64,000 nt of DNA from an uncultured Solirubrobacterales bacterium (lineage in GTDB: Bacteria > Actinomycetota > Thermoleophilia > Solirubrobacterales > Solirubrobacteraceae), in the NCBI GenBank assembly GCA_963768015.1, contig CAVYGK010000015.1:122532-186531 (forward strand). The letters are read 5' to 3'. The notes below the pieces were generated by a model that was not told the DNA's origin, did no database searches, and was given only the letters and a program-made list of their open reading frames with translations. A program made the position numbers and the translations under genes. Positions 1-9,797 of this stretch are shown one piece after another. Position 1 is the first letter of the stretch, and each line of letters opens with the position of its first letter.

Positions 1-1164
1 ACCACCGTTGGCGTCCTGGGTGCCCGGATGCGAGTAGCCCTCGAACCAGCCCGTGAGATCGACCGCATACGGCCGGGCGACCGCGAGCTCGGGGGTCGAG
101 TCGTTGAGCGCCGTGACCGACTGTGGGAACGCGCCCGGGCGCTCGGCGCCGTTGGCGTGGATGTTGTTGACGGTGGCATTCGCCAGCGGCACTCCGAGGC
201 GGACCAGGTCCGTCAGATCGTTGTTCGGCCCGGGCTTGTAGACGACCTCCGACAGGTCCTTGACGGTCGGTACCGAGTCCTCGGCGAGCGGACGGAGCTG
301 GACGAGCAGCTTCTCGAGCTTCGGCGCGACCGGTTTTGAGACGTTGACGAGCGGCGTCAGGACGTCGAGCGCGCTGCGCAGGTTGACGAACGTCGTATTT
401 GCCAGCCGCATGAACGGCGGCAGCAGCCGCAGCGAAGCCCCGAGGTTGTTGCGCTCGGCCGCGAGCGCCTGGGTGGTCGTCGACAGGTGCCGGACCAGGG
501 CGCTCAGGTCGGCGCTGCGCTGTGCGACCGTCGTCACCAGGCCACTGGACTTGACGATGTAGTGGGTGAAGCTGCTGGAGTTGTTGCGGGTGATCTGGCT
601 GAACAGCGTGCTGCTCGCCGCGACCGCCGGGTTTAGGTACGCGAGCGCCTGCTGGGCGAGCTTCGCGTTGCCGCGGAACTGGGCCGCGGAACCCAAAAAG
701 ACCTCTTGCAAGCCCTTGCGAGTGGGGCCGTTGAGGGTGTTGAACAGCTGGTCGACGTCGACCTCGCTGGTCGTGTTGTTGGGCCCGATGACGCCGTTAT
801 TGGCGATCCTGGGTGCGCGTGGAGAGCCGAGGTTGAGGTCGACGTAGCGGCTCGCGATCCCCGACAGCGAGAGCTCTCGGATCGTTGCGGTCGTGCCCTG
901 GTGCAGCGGGGCAAAGGCGCTGTTGCTGATCTGCAGCGTCAGCTCGGCCTGGCCCTGCGGAGTCAGGGAGATGTTCGAAACGGTGCCGACCGGGTTGCCG
1001 GCCACCTCGACGAGGTTGCCGCTGACGATCTGGCTCGCGTTGACGAACACCGCGCGGACCTGGTAGGTGCTGCCGTTAGAGAGCAGGATCACAGCCACCG
1101 CGACGATTGCCACGGCGATTGCCGCTACAGCGGCAGCGCGTCCGATCACACTTCCGTTTCGCAC
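1..1164 (-). CDS. MCE/MlaD family protein, truncated by window edge
   Basis: Manual translation from GTG 1164: MRNGSVIGRAAAVAAIAVAIVAVAVILLSNGSTYQVRAVFVNASQIVSGNLVEVAGNPVGTVSNI...IRELSLSGIASRYVDL, i.e. a TM anchor plus MlaD motif. Absent from the ORF track because it runs off the edge. Confidence 0.88.
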   Translation of the reverse strand, partial: MRNGSVIGRAAAVAAIAVAIVAVAVILLSNGSTYQVRAVFVNASQIVSGNLVEVAGNPVGTVSNISLTPQGQAELTLQISNSAFAPLHQGTTATIRELSLSGIASRYVDLNLGSPRAPRIANNGVIGPNNTTSEVDVDQLFNTLNGPTRKGLQEVFLGSAAQFRGNAKLAQQALAYLNPAVAASSTLFSQITRNNSSSFTHYIVKSSGLVTTVAQRSADLSALVRHLSTTTQALAAERNNLGASLRLLPPFMRLANTTFVNLRSALDVLTPLVNVSKPVAPKLEKLLVQLRPLAEDSVPTVKDLSEVVYKPGPNNDLTDLVRLGVPLANATVNNIHANGAERPGAFPQSVTALNDSTPELAVARPYAVDLTGWFEGYSHPGTQDANGG

Positions 1165-1238
1165 CGCCGCGACCTACCCAATTGCGCTCCTCCACACGCG
1201 CCGGGCTAGGGGCCTTACCGGCGCGTAGCTAGTGCCCG

Positions 1239-1268
1239 AACGTACCAAGGGCTTCATTACACTGTCAA
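1239..1268 (-). promoter_or_regulatory. SigA-type promoter for the mce gene
   Basis: Minus strand TTGACA-18 nt-TACGTT upstream of the mce start. Confidence 0.6.
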
Positions 1269-1353
1269 TTAGGAACCTGCGGTCCGCACGCGCGTTTGAA
1301 GGGGTTTTGGGCTTGGCGTTGGGTCTCGAAGCCGCTACCGTCTGCGCCCGCCG

Positions 1354-1437
1354 GCCCGGGTGGTGGAATTGGTCAGACACGGTCGCCTTAAGAGCGACTG
1401 CCTTTACGGCATGAGGGTTCGACTCCCTCCCCGGGCA
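1354..1437 (+). tRNA. tRNA-Leu(TAA)
   Basis: Acceptor GCCCGGG/CCCGGGC-A; anticodon arm GTCGC-CTTAAGA-GCGAC; long variable arm; T-arm GAGGG-TTCGACT-CCCTC; CCA not encoded. Confidence 0.95.
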
Positions 1438-1607
1438 TGTTCGGTCAGCCTCCGGGTCCCGCATCCCGGCCCAAGAAATGGTGGATTGCGCTCACGCCAT
1501 GCAATCCTTGCCGTTAGGCCGAACTTTTAAGCTCTTACTCGGCGCAACTTTTCCGCTGCTACGGTGTCGAGACCGTTTAAGACCGGGAGTCTCGCCGCTC
1601 GCGCTGC

Positions 1608-3407
1608 ATGGAAGTCTCAGCCCTCAAATACTCCCCGGGGATCGGCCTACACGGTCGCTCTCCGCTGCTTCGTCTCCAGTCCGACGAGCGCCTGATCGCC
1701 TATCTGCGCAAGGGCAACCCGGCCGCCTTCGAGGTGCTGGTCGCCCGCTACGAGACGCGGCTGCTGGCCTTCTGCCGGCACCTGCTCGGGTCGCGCGAGG
1801 ACGCCGAGGACGTAATGCAGGAGGTGATGACCGCCGCCTTCAACGCGATCCTCGCCGACGAGCGACCGATCAACGTTCGTCCGTGGCTGTACCGGATCGC
1901 GCGCAACCGCAGCCTCAACCATCTGCGCCGGATCCAGACGATCGGCGTCGACTCGATGGATCTGCACTACTCCGACAACGGCGCCAGCACCGCCGACAAG
2001 GTCTATGAGCGCGAGGAGTTCAGACTGCTGGTCGGCGACATTCACGAGCTGCCCGAGACGCAGAAAACCGCGCTCGTGCTGCGCGAGATGGACGCACTGT
2101 CTTATGAGCAGATCGCCGAAGCGATGGAGACCACCGTGCCGAGCGTCAAGTCGCTGCTCGTGCGCGCGCGCGTATCGCTCGCCGAGGCCGCCGAGGCGCG
2201 CCTGCTGTCCTGCGACGAGGTCAGGATCGAGCTGGGCGAAGTCGCCGAAGGTCTGTTGCGGCGACCGAGCCCGCTCGTCCGTCGCCACCTGCGCTCCTGC
2301 GAGCGCTGCACCGTGTTCAAGGCCCAGCTCAAGCAGACCAACAAGGCGCTCGCGGCGCTGATGCCGATCGGCCCGTTGGTGATCCTCCGCAAGCTCGCGC
2401 TCGCCCATCTCGGACACTCGGCCGGCGCCGGGTCCGGCGCCACCGCTGCGGGTTCGAGCGCCGGGGCAGCCGGCGCGGGAGCTGCGAGCGCGGGTGCTGC
2501 GGGTGGTTCGGCGCTCGCGGGCTCGTCCGTGGCGGTCAGCTCGGGAGGCTTCATCTCGACCGGCCTGGGCGCGATCGCCGCCAAGGCCGCCGCGGGAATC
2601 GCCGCCGCGGCGATCGTCACCGCGGGCGCCGTGGAGGCCGGCCACACGACGTCGCGCGTGCGTCGTCACCACACGGTCGTCGCTTCGGTCCAGTACCAGC
2701 GCTCGCCGGCCGAGCAGGCCGCACTGACGCCCGTCTACTCAGCTTCAGAGCCCCAGTCGAGCTCGCCCGTCCAGCACACCGCCGGCAAGGCTCCGGCCGT
2801 GAAGGCGAAGGCGACTGACGCCACCGCCAAGACCACCTCGACCGCCAAGACGGCCGCCACGACCTCGAAGCCCGCGGCCACTACCACCTCCAAAACCGCC
2901 ACCACAGTAAGACCGGCGGCGACCAACACCCCGGCGACGACCAACACCCCGGCCGGCTCGAAGGCCACCCTCCCTGGCCGCGATCAGAGCCAGACGGACC
3001 CGAGCGTGATGCCGGCGGCGCCAGCCAGCGACCCGAGCACCCCGCAGCCGGTCGCGACGACCACCCCGAGCTCGACGCCGACCGACACGTCGACCACGCC
3101 CAACCAGCCCGTGTCGACGCCGGTGACGACCGCGACAGCTCCGGCACCGACGCCGCCCCCGGTCAGCTCGACGCCGACCGCTCCGACTTCGCCGACCTCG
3201 CCGACCGGCACGACCTCGCCGACTGGCACGCCGACGCCGACCGGGACGCCGACGCCGACCGGCGCCCCGCCGCCGACCGGCTCGACGCCGCCACCGCCTG
3301 GAAGCACCCCGCCGAACGGCAGCACTCCTCAGCCGGGCAACCCCCCGTCACCGTCTGACCCGACCAGCTCGGGCACCGGGACGACGCCGGCGACCCCGTC
3401 GACTTGA
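1608..3407 (+). CDS. ECF sigma-70 factor with fused zinc-finger (HxxxCxxC), hydrophobic segment and Pro/Thr/Ser-rich tail
   Basis: Region 2 (DAEDVMQEV...PWLYRIARN), region 4 (LPETQKTALVLRE...SYEQIAEAM...VKSLLVRAR), RRHLRSCERC, Ala/Gly hydrophobic stretch, low-complexity C-terminus. Confidence 0.9.
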   Translation: MEVSALKYSPGIGLHGRSPLLRLQSDERLIAYLRKGNPAAFEVLVARYETRLLAFCRHLLGSREDAEDVMQEVMTAAFNAILADERPINVRPWLYRIARNRSLNHLRRIQTIGVDSMDLHYSDNGASTADKVYEREEFRLLVGDIHELPETQKTALVLREMDALSYEQIAEAMETTVPSVKSLLVRARVSLAEAAEARLLSCDEVRIELGEVAEGLLRRPSPLVRRHLRSCERCTVFKAQLKQTNKALAALMPIGPLVILRKLALAHLGHSAGAGSGATAAGSSAGAAGAGAASAGAAGGSALAGSSVAVSSGGFISTGLGAIAAKAAAGIAAAAIVTAGAVEAGHTTSRVRRHHTVVASVQYQRSPAEQAALTPVYSASEPQSSSPVQHTAGKAPAVKAKATDATAKTTSTAKTAATTSKPAATTTSKTATTVRPAATNTPATTNTPAGSKATLPGRDQSQTDPSVMPAAPASDPSTPQPVATTTPSSTPTDTSTTPNQPVSTPVTTATAPAPTPPPVSSTPTAPTSPTSPTGTTSPTGTPTPTGTPTPTGAPPPTGSTPPPPGSTPPNGSTPQPGNPPSPSDPTSSGTGTTPATPST

Positions 3408-3733
3408 TCGACTTCGCGGAGTTCGAGGCGGTCGATATGCGCGTCGGCCGCGTGATCGGCGTCGACGAGTTCCCCGAGGCCCGCAAGCCGGCCTGGAAGC
3501 TGACGATCGACTTCGGCCCCGAGCTCGGGATCAAGCGATCGTCGGCCCAGATCACCCACTACTCGCGCGACGAGCTCGAGAACACGCTGGTGGTCGGCGT
3601 CGTCAACTTCCCGCCCCGCCAGATCGGACCGTTCTCATCCGAGGTGCTGGTCCTCGGCGCGCTCGATGAGCAGCGCGGCGTCGTGCTCTTGCGCCCCGAC
3701 CGTGGCGCCGAGCCTGGCGCCCGGATCGGTTAG
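3404..3733 (+). CDS. csaA: CsaA-like tRNA-binding/secretion chaperone
   Basis: DMRVGRVI...ARKPAWKLTIDFG...SSAQIT...VVNFPPRQIGPFSSEVLVLG. Confidence 0.88.
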   Translation: MIDFAEFEAVDMRVGRVIGVDEFPEARKPAWKLTIDFGPELGIKRSSAQITHYSRDELENTLVVGVVNFPPRQIGPFSSEVLVLGALDEQRGVVLLRPDRGAEPGARIG

Positions 3734-4854
3734 CGGCCCTGGTAGATGGTGATCAGGCGCTCGTAGTACTCGTCCTCGGAGAATCTCGTGCGCGCTTCAT
3801 CGAGTGCCGCGGCGCCGAGCTCTCGCCGCTGCTGCGGATCACGCCACAGCGATCCGAGCGCCTCGGTCCAGGCGCCGATCTCGGTCGCCGGCAGCGCCTG
3901 CTCGCGCCCGACCAGCTCGGGCAGGCCGCCGCGGTCGCTGGCCAGCACCGGCACCCCGGCGGCGAGCGCATCCAGCGCCGCATACGGACACGGCTCCTCC
4001 CAGCGCGAGGGCAACAGCACGACCCCCGCCCGGGAGCGGAGCTCCGCGAGGGCTTGCTCGGTCACCCGTCCCTCGAACCGCACGTCGGCGCCGGACGCCA
4101 GCGCCCGGAGGCGCTCGCCGTCCGGTCCGTCGCCCGCGACGACGAGCGGGACGCCCGCGGCTCGGGCCGCCGCGATCGCGATGTCAAACCCCTTCTCCTC
4201 GACCAGCCGGCCGCTCACCAACGCGAAGCGGCCCTCCCCGGCAGACGACGACTCGGCGAATGACCCGGCGGGGACGAAGTTCCTCAGCGCCGTGGTCTTG
4301 GCCGCCGGGAGCCCGAGCTCGACCAACCGCTGTCGCGTCGCATCGCTGACCGCGATCAACCGGTCAGCGTCCGCGAACAGGTGGGGTTGCTGGCGGCGCA
4401 GGCCGATCCCATACGCGGTCGCCTCCGGCAACGAGCCACGGCAGCGCAGCCTGACACCGGGCCAGGTGTTCGTCCCGCGGCACCTGAAACACGGCGCGCC
4501 GTCTCGGTAGGCGATCGCGATCGCGCAGAACAGCCTGAAGTTGTGCACGTGCAGCACGGTCCGGGCTCCGGCCTCGCGCGCGGCGGCGAGCGCGCGCCAA
4601 CCAAACAGCGGATGCAGGTTGTGGGCGTGCACGACCTCGGCTCGCATCCCCCCCACGGCGCGTGCCACCTCCTCCGGGTGCGAGCCGCCTCGTGTCAGCG
4701 CCCGCGCCGCCGTCAGGCCGCTCAGCCCGACGCTGGAGCGCTCGAGTGTCGCGACCGTGTGACCGCGCGCCCGCAGGAGCGCCAGCAGATCGGCGACCGC
4801 GCGCTCCTCTCCGCCCTCCGAGCGGTAGCGGTTGTGGAGCAGCAGCACGCGCAT
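3730..4854 (-). CDS. Glycosyltransferase family 4
   Basis: HNRYRSEGGEE N-terminus, GRLVEEKG, PSRWEEPCPYAALDALAAGVPV. Confidence 0.88.
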   Translation of the reverse strand: MRVLLLHNRYRSEGGEERAVADLLALLRARGHTVATLERSSVGLSGLTAARALTRGGSHPEEVARAVGGMRAEVVHAHNLHPLFGWRALAAAREAGARTVLHVHNFRLFCAIAIAYRDGAPCFRCRGTNTWPGVRLRCRGSLPEATAYGIGLRRQQPHLFADADRLIAVSDATRQRLVELGLPAAKTTALRNFVPAGSFAESSSAGEGRFALVSGRLVEEKGFDIAIAAARAAGVPLVVAGDGPDGERLRALASGADVRFEGRVTEQALAELRSRAGVVLLPSRWEEPCPYAALDALAAGVPVLASDRGGLPELVGREQALPATEIGAWTEALGSLWRDPQQRRELGAAALDEARTRFSEDEYYERLITIYQGR

Positions 4855-4876
4855 GACCGGGCATCATTCCCGCTCC

Positions 4877-6010
4877 GTGCCCAACGTGTCCTCTGAACCC
4901 TTGCGTTGCGTGGTGCTGGCGCCGGCCCCGGCGCCGTATCGCGAACCACTGTTCGCCGCTCTGGCGGCGCGCGCCGACCTTCGCCTGCAGGTCGTGTACC
5001 TGGCCCCGCGCCTCGCCGGCTGGGACGTCGATCCGGGCTGGTTCTCGTCGCAGCACGCCTATGACGCGACGGTGCTCACGGCGGGATGGCAGCGGCGGCG
5101 AGCCGGTCGTGGCCCGGTGGTTGTGCCACGGGGATTGCTCGCGGCGCTTGACTCGTTCGAGCCTCGGGTTGTCGTGGCGTGGGAGTTCGGTCCGACGGCG
5201 CTGCTGGCGCGCGTCTGGTGTTCGCGGCGCGGGCGGGCGCTGGTGCACTTCAGCGAGCTGGGGGCGGCGGCCGCCAGTTTCGTCCCCAGACCGCAACGCC
5301 GCGTGCACACGATCCTGGTGCGGCGCGCCGCGGCGGCGATCGGCGCGAGCACGCAGGCCCGCGACCGGTTGGTGGCGCTCGGTTCGGATCCCGCGCGCAC
5401 GGTGATGAGCCTCCAGAGCGTCGATGCCGACTCGATCCGTGCGGCGGTTGGTAGTCGGAGCCCGGACGTACTCCCGCTGCGGCTGCTGTGCGTCGCCCGC
5501 CTGGTGGCAGACAAGAACATCGAGTCGCTGATCGACGCCGTCGCGAGCGCCGATCCGGGCGAGGTCGAGCTCGACCTGGTCGGCAACGGGCCACTGCGCG
5601 GTGAGCTCGAAGCGCGGGCGGCGGCCACGGGCGCGGTCGTCCGGTTCCACGGCGCGCTGTCGCCGTCGGACACGGCGCGTGCCTACGCCGACGCCGACGC
5701 GTTGGCGCTCGTCAGCCGGTACGAGCCGTTCGGGGTCGCGCTGCGCGAGGGTGTCGCTGCCGGCCTGCCGCTGATCGCGAGCGCGCGCGCCGGCGCGGTC
5801 GGGGACATCGCGCTGCCCGACCGCAACGCAATCGTGGTCGACCCCGACGACTGGAGCGCGGTCTCGGCGGCCGTCCGCGCCCTGGCGCGCGACCCGGCGC
5901 GCCGCACCGCGATGGCCGCCGCCAGTCTTCAGATCGACCGCGAGTGGCCGCTGCAGCGCAGCGTCGACGCGTTTGCTTTGGCGATCGCCCTCGCCGCCGG
6001 GTCGCGCTAG
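4877..6010 (+). CDS. Glycosyltransferase family 4
   Basis: VARLVADKNI, SRYEPFGVALREGVAAGLP; start placed at GTG 4877 to avoid overlap with the divergent gene. Confidence 0.85.
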   Translation: MPNVSSEPLRCVVLAPAPAPYREPLFAALAARADLRLQVVYLAPRLAGWDVDPGWFSSQHAYDATVLTAGWQRRRAGRGPVVVPRGLLAALDSFEPRVVVAWEFGPTALLARVWCSRRGRALVHFSELGAAAASFVPRPQRRVHTILVRRAAAAIGASTQARDRLVALGSDPARTVMSLQSVDADSIRAAVGSRSPDVLPLRLLCVARLVADKNIESLIDAVASADPGEVELDLVGNGPLRGELEARAAATGAVVRFHGALSPSDTARAYADADALALVSRYEPFGVALREGVAAGLPLIASARAGAVGDIALPDRNAIVVDPDDWSAVSAAVRALARDPARRTAMAAASLQIDREWPLQRSVDAFALAIALAAGSR

Positions 6011-6852
6011 TGCCCCGAGCCACGTCGGCCGGCGGCGAGCCGCGAGCCGGGGTAGAAGTGGCCCCTCGGACGTTCGGCGACCTCCATGTACCTCAGCCCG
6101 TGACGCTCGCAGACGACCGCCATCGCTCCGCTGTGGGCGTCGTCGCTGACCAGCACGCCCCCGCCCGGCAGCCGCTGCGCCACGGCCTCGAGATCCCACA
6201 CCTCGGCCTCGTAGGAGTGCCACCCGTCGTAGACGAATAGGCCGGGCGGTTGCCGGGTGGCGAGCAGCGCCGGCAGCCCGTCGCGCGAGGACTCGATGCG
6301 CAGCTCCCACATTGGGTGGGCGCCGACAAGCCACCCCGCGGTCGGGTTGATGTCGAACGAGACCAGCCGACCCGCGGCGCCGTCGTCGGCGTTCCGTTCG
6401 AGCGCGCGCAGCAGGATCATCGACCCCAACCCGTCGTGGACGCCGGTCTCGACGGTAAGACCCGGCCTCAGTGACCGCGCCAGCGCGTACCACGCGAGAC
6501 GCTTGCCGAACATCGGCTCGCGCTTGGTCCACAGCCAGCGCCCGGCCGTCGCTGCACGCAGCCAGTTTGCGAGCCGCTCGTCATCGCGTGGCTCGTCCAC
6601 GTACTGGCCGGCGAGCTCGGGCGTGCACCCGGCCACGGCGGCCACCCACTCGGCTAGCTCGTCGTCGTTGGCGACGTCGTAGGTGAAGTTGTCAGTCTCG
6701 GGGTCGAGCAGCACGTAGCGCAGGTGGCTGATCAGCGATGCATGGTCGCGGCGCAACACGGACGCCTTGTGGAGCCAGCGGGCTCGGCGCAGGTAGCGCG
6801 GGTCGATCCCGAGCCGCTGCGCGACGCGACGCCCGGCGACCGCGCGGCTCAC
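6007..6852 (-). CDS. Class I SAM-dependent methyltransferase (Methyltransf_24-like)
   Basis: VETGVHDGLGS, SFDI, YDGWHSYE, GGVLVSDD; GTG start overlaps upstream TGA. Confidence 0.8.
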   Translation of the reverse strand: MSRAVAGRRVAQRLGIDPRYLRRARWLHKASVLRRDHASLISHLRYVLLDPETDNFTYDVANDDELAEWVAAVAGCTPELAGQYVDEPRDDERLANWLRAATAGRWLWTKREPMFGKRLAWYALARSLRPGLTVETGVHDGLGSMILLRALERNADDGAAGRLVSFDINPTAGWLVGAHPMWELRIESSRDGLPALLATRQPPGLFVYDGWHSYEAEVWDLEAVAQRLPGGGVLVSDDAHSGAMAVVCERHGLRYMEVAERPRGHFYPGSRLAAGRRGSGH

Positions 6853-7910
6853 CGTTCGCCTGCCCCGAGCAGAACCGACAGAACGCTGGTGCGGAGCGCC
6901 CGCACCGCGTGCTGCCAGCGGTATGGCTCCAGACGAGCCGCGGCCCGTTTTCGGTACGCGGCACGCGCCGGGGCGTCGCGCTCGAACGCGGCCTGGATCG
7001 CGGTCGCCAGCGAGGCCGGCTCCAGATCGCCCGCGACCAGCCGCTCGTCGAGATCGCGCGCGATCGCGAGCGCCTCGTACGGACCCTCCGAAGGCGCCGT
7101 GGCCAGCAACGCGCCGTCGCGGAGCGCCTCCAGCGGCGCCTGACCGTAGTCCTCCCAGTCCGCGGCCGATACGAAGCACAGCGCTGAGCGCAGCGAGGCG
7201 CGAAAGTCCGCGCTCGGCACAAAGCCTCGGAAGGTGACGCTCGGTGGCGGCGCGGCAACGCCCCGCCGGGCCAGGAACGCGAGCGCCTTGTCGCGCTCGA
7301 TCCCGAACACCTCGAGTCTGCTGGTCGCGCCGGCCGCCTGTGCCCACGCGGAACACAGCCGGGCCAGGCCCTTTGCCTTCGGATCCGGGGTATAGGCGAC
7401 GGCGAGATCGACGTCACGCGGCCCGTCGACGTCACCGGAGGGCTCGACCGGGACCGGGACGATCACGGTTTCGGCGCTGCCCGCAGGGACCGCGGCCGCG
7501 CCCGACGCGCCGAGCGGGATCACGAGTCGCGCGGCCGCTAGGCTGCGCCGCTCCAGTGCCCGGACTGGCGAGTTGAAAAGCCCGCGACGGTTGAGCGCGG
7601 CGGGCGAGTCGAGCCGCACGGCGTACGGGAGCCCGATCCGGGGTGCGAGCAAGGCGGCAGTCGTTGTCGAGAACAGAATCGCTCGCGGGCGCGGCGTGCC
7701 TTTAAGCGCGCCGCTCAGCGCACGGCGCGCGGCGATCGCTTCGACCAAATCGTTGACCGGGTACCCGCGCCGCAGCCGGTCAGTGACACCGATCTTGACG
7801 CTGAACGCGTCGGTACTCGCCCCGGCTTCAGTCAGCATCGCGATCAGCATCGTGTCGGCGACACGCAGCCCGTACGTCGTCCCGAGCGACAGAACGAGCA
7901 GATCGCTCAT
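6849..7910 (-). CDS. Divergent GT-B glycosyltransferase
   Basis: KAKGL, WEDYGQAPLEALRDG resembles the GT4 EX7E motif; atypical N-terminus. Confidence 0.7.
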   Translation of the reverse strand: MSDLLVLSLGTTYGLRVADTMLIAMLTEAGASTDAFSVKIGVTDRLRRGYPVNDLVEAIAARRALSGALKGTPRPRAILFSTTTAALLAPRIGLPYAVRLDSPAALNRRGLFNSPVRALERRSLAAARLVIPLGASGAAAVPAGSAETVIVPVPVEPSGDVDGPRDVDLAVAYTPDPKAKGLARLCSAWAQAAGATSRLEVFGIERDKALAFLARRGVAAPPPSVTFRGFVPSADFRASLRSALCFVSAADWEDYGQAPLEALRDGALLATAPSEGPYEALAIARDLDERLVAGDLEPASLATAIQAAFERDAPARAAYRKRAAARLEPYRWQHAVRALRTSVLSVLLGAGER

Positions 7911-9103
7911 CTGGCGTGGTTTTGCAGCGCGCGCTCGTAGGCCGCCAACGTTCGCTCGCCGCAGTGCTGCCAGCTGAAGTGATGAGCCACGGTGTTGCGC
8001 GCCGCCTCGCCCTTTGCGGCCAGCGCAACCGGGTCGCGCAGCTGTTGGGTGATCGCCGCCGCAAGCGCGAGATGATCGTCGCGCGGCACGAGCACGATGC
8101 CGTCCCCGGCGGCCGCGATGTCGTCTGGCCCCCCCTCGCCCCGGACGCCAATTGCCGGCACGCCGGCGGCCATCGCCTCGACATACGCGACACCGAACGG
8201 CTCGTTGACGCTCGGCATGACGAATAGATGACAGCGCGCCACCTCGGCTACCGCGCGCTGATTGTCAAGCTGCCCTGCCAGCTCCACGCGCTCGGCCACG
8301 CCGAGTTCGCGGGCGAGCCGGATCAGCTCGGGCCGGAGCGCACCGTCACCGATCACCAGGTAGTCGGGCCGCGCTGAATCCGGGATCGCCGCGAGCGCGT
8401 ACAGGACCAGATCGTGGCGCTTACGCCCGACCAGATGGGCGAGCGTGACAATCGTCGGGCGAGTGCGCTTGCCCTCGGCCGCGGCCGGGAGATCGGCGCC
8501 GAGATGGACGATCTCGACCGGCAGCTGGTGGCCGGCGATCTGCTCGCAGCGACCGGCGGCCCAAGCCGAGTTGGCGATCACCACGTCCGCCGCGTCGAAC
8601 GCCTGCGCGGTCGCGCCGCGCGCCCAACGACTGCGCTTGTAGACCGAGATCACGTCCGGGCCATGGGTCGAGACGGCCAGCGCGGTGCTCGTGTCGAGCG
8701 CCCGCGCGGCGGCGTAGCCCGGAGGGGTGATCGAGTGCGCGTGAACGAGATCAAACGGCCAGTGCTCGCGCAGCGCAACGAGCGCGCGTGCAACCGACGG
8801 TGCCATCCAGTAACCCCACGCGCCGTAGCTGAGGGGTCGCGGCGGGCTGACGAACGGCGCCGTCGCGATCGGGATCCCGTCCAGCTCCCAGGGGCCGAGC
8901 AGCTTTTTCACACCACGACTCCACGCTGCCAGCGCGCGCGGCCCGCCACGGGCGACCGAGAGCGGTGGGATCGGACGCCGCGTAGCGATCACTCGCACGT
9001 CGGCGCCCGCGTCACGGGCGGCGACCGCCTGGCGGTGCGCCCAGACGCCATGGACCGGATCAGTCGGCGACGGGTACCACTCGGCCAGGACCGCGACGCG
9101 CAC
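7907..9103 (-). CDS. Glycosyltransferase family 4
   Basis: DLVHAH, STHGPDV, MPSVNEPFGVAYVEAMAAGVP. Confidence 0.88.
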   Translation of the reverse strand: MRVAVLAEWYPSPTDPVHGVWAHRQAVAARDAGADVRVIATRRPIPPLSVARGGPRALAAWSRGVKKLLGPWELDGIPIATAPFVSPPRPLSYGAWGYWMAPSVARALVALREHWPFDLVHAHSITPPGYAAARALDTSTALAVSTHGPDVISVYKRSRWARGATAQAFDAADVVIANSAWAAGRCEQIAGHQLPVEIVHLGADLPAAAEGKRTRPTIVTLAHLVGRKRHDLVLYALAAIPDSARPDYLVIGDGALRPELIRLARELGVAERVELAGQLDNQRAVAEVARCHLFVMPSVNEPFGVAYVEAMAAGVPAIGVRGEGGPDDIAAAGDGIVLVPRDDHLALAAAITQQLRDPVALAAKGEAARNTVAHHFSWQHCGERTLAAYERALQNHAR

Positions 9104-9780
9104 TATGAGCGGCTGCTCGCGACGGCGATCAGGCCCTCACCAACGGGACCCTGAAAGATCCGGTGGCTCACCTTCAGGAGCGGGTTGAAGACCAGCTTCC
9201 CCGCGCGGCCGGCAACCGGCGCCATATACGAAGCCATCGTCTCGACCTCGAACCCCGCGCCTCCAAGCGTCCGTTCCAGAGTCCGCGGTCCGTAGTAGAC
9301 GCGGTGATCGGGGTGCACCGACTCGCGACCGGCGAGCGACCGTAGCCCGATCTTCGGAGAGCACGCGTTCGGAACCGTGACGCACAGCCGGCCGCCGAGG
9401 GCAAGCAGCGTCGAGCATCCGTTCAGAAACGCCTCGGCGTCCGGCACGTGCTCCAGCACCTCGCCAGCGATCACGAGCGCGTAGTGGTTACGGTGCTCGG
9501 GCGGGACGTTGCGAGTGATATCGGCGATCACGAATTGTTCTGTGGGCATTCGTTTCTGCAGTAACGCGATGGCGTCGGCATCGACATCGAGCCCGGTCAC
9601 GTCGGCGACCCTGACCAGGCGCTCATGGAGCAGCAGCCCGGCCGCGATCAGCTCGCGCGTGTACGGGCTGTCGGCGCAGCCGAGGTGGGCGACCGGCCCG
9701 GCGGCCGCAGCGGACAACCGCTCCAGACAGGCGGCACGGTCAGCGACGAGCGCCATCCGGAGGCGCTCGCCACCGTGCAT
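9103..9780 (-). CDS. Class I SAM-dependent methyltransferase
   Basis: HLGCAD, GLDVD, AGEVLEHVPD, GGRLCVTVPN; start is ATG 9780 or GTG 9801. Confidence 0.82.
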   Translation of the reverse strand: MHGGERLRMALVADRAACLERLSAAAAGPVAHLGCADSPYTRELIAAGLLLHERLVRVADVTGLDVDADAIALLQKRMPTEQFVIADITRNVPPEHRNHYALVIAGEVLEHVPDAEAFLNGCSTLLALGGRLCVTVPNACSPKIGLRSLAGRESVHPDHRVYYGPRTLERTLGGAGFEVETMASYMAPVAGRAGKLVFNPLLKVSHRIFQGPVGEGLIAVASSRS

Positions 9781-9797
9781 CTCCGCCGAGCACGAGC

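Noticed and set aside
1354-1607. Prophage or ICE integrated at tRNA-Leu (or at tRNA-Gln)
   Set aside because: No integrase and no duplicated tRNA 3' end found in the window
3050-3400. Repetitive CCGACG DNA as a repeat array
   Set aside because: Explained by Pro/Thr codons of the ECF tail
4364-6532. 722-aa minus-strand ORF and similar long ORFs (22199..24256, 19331..20722, 59095..60633)
   Set aside because: Shadow ORFs overlapping well-supported genes; Arg/Ala-rich or antisense translations expected in high-GC DNA
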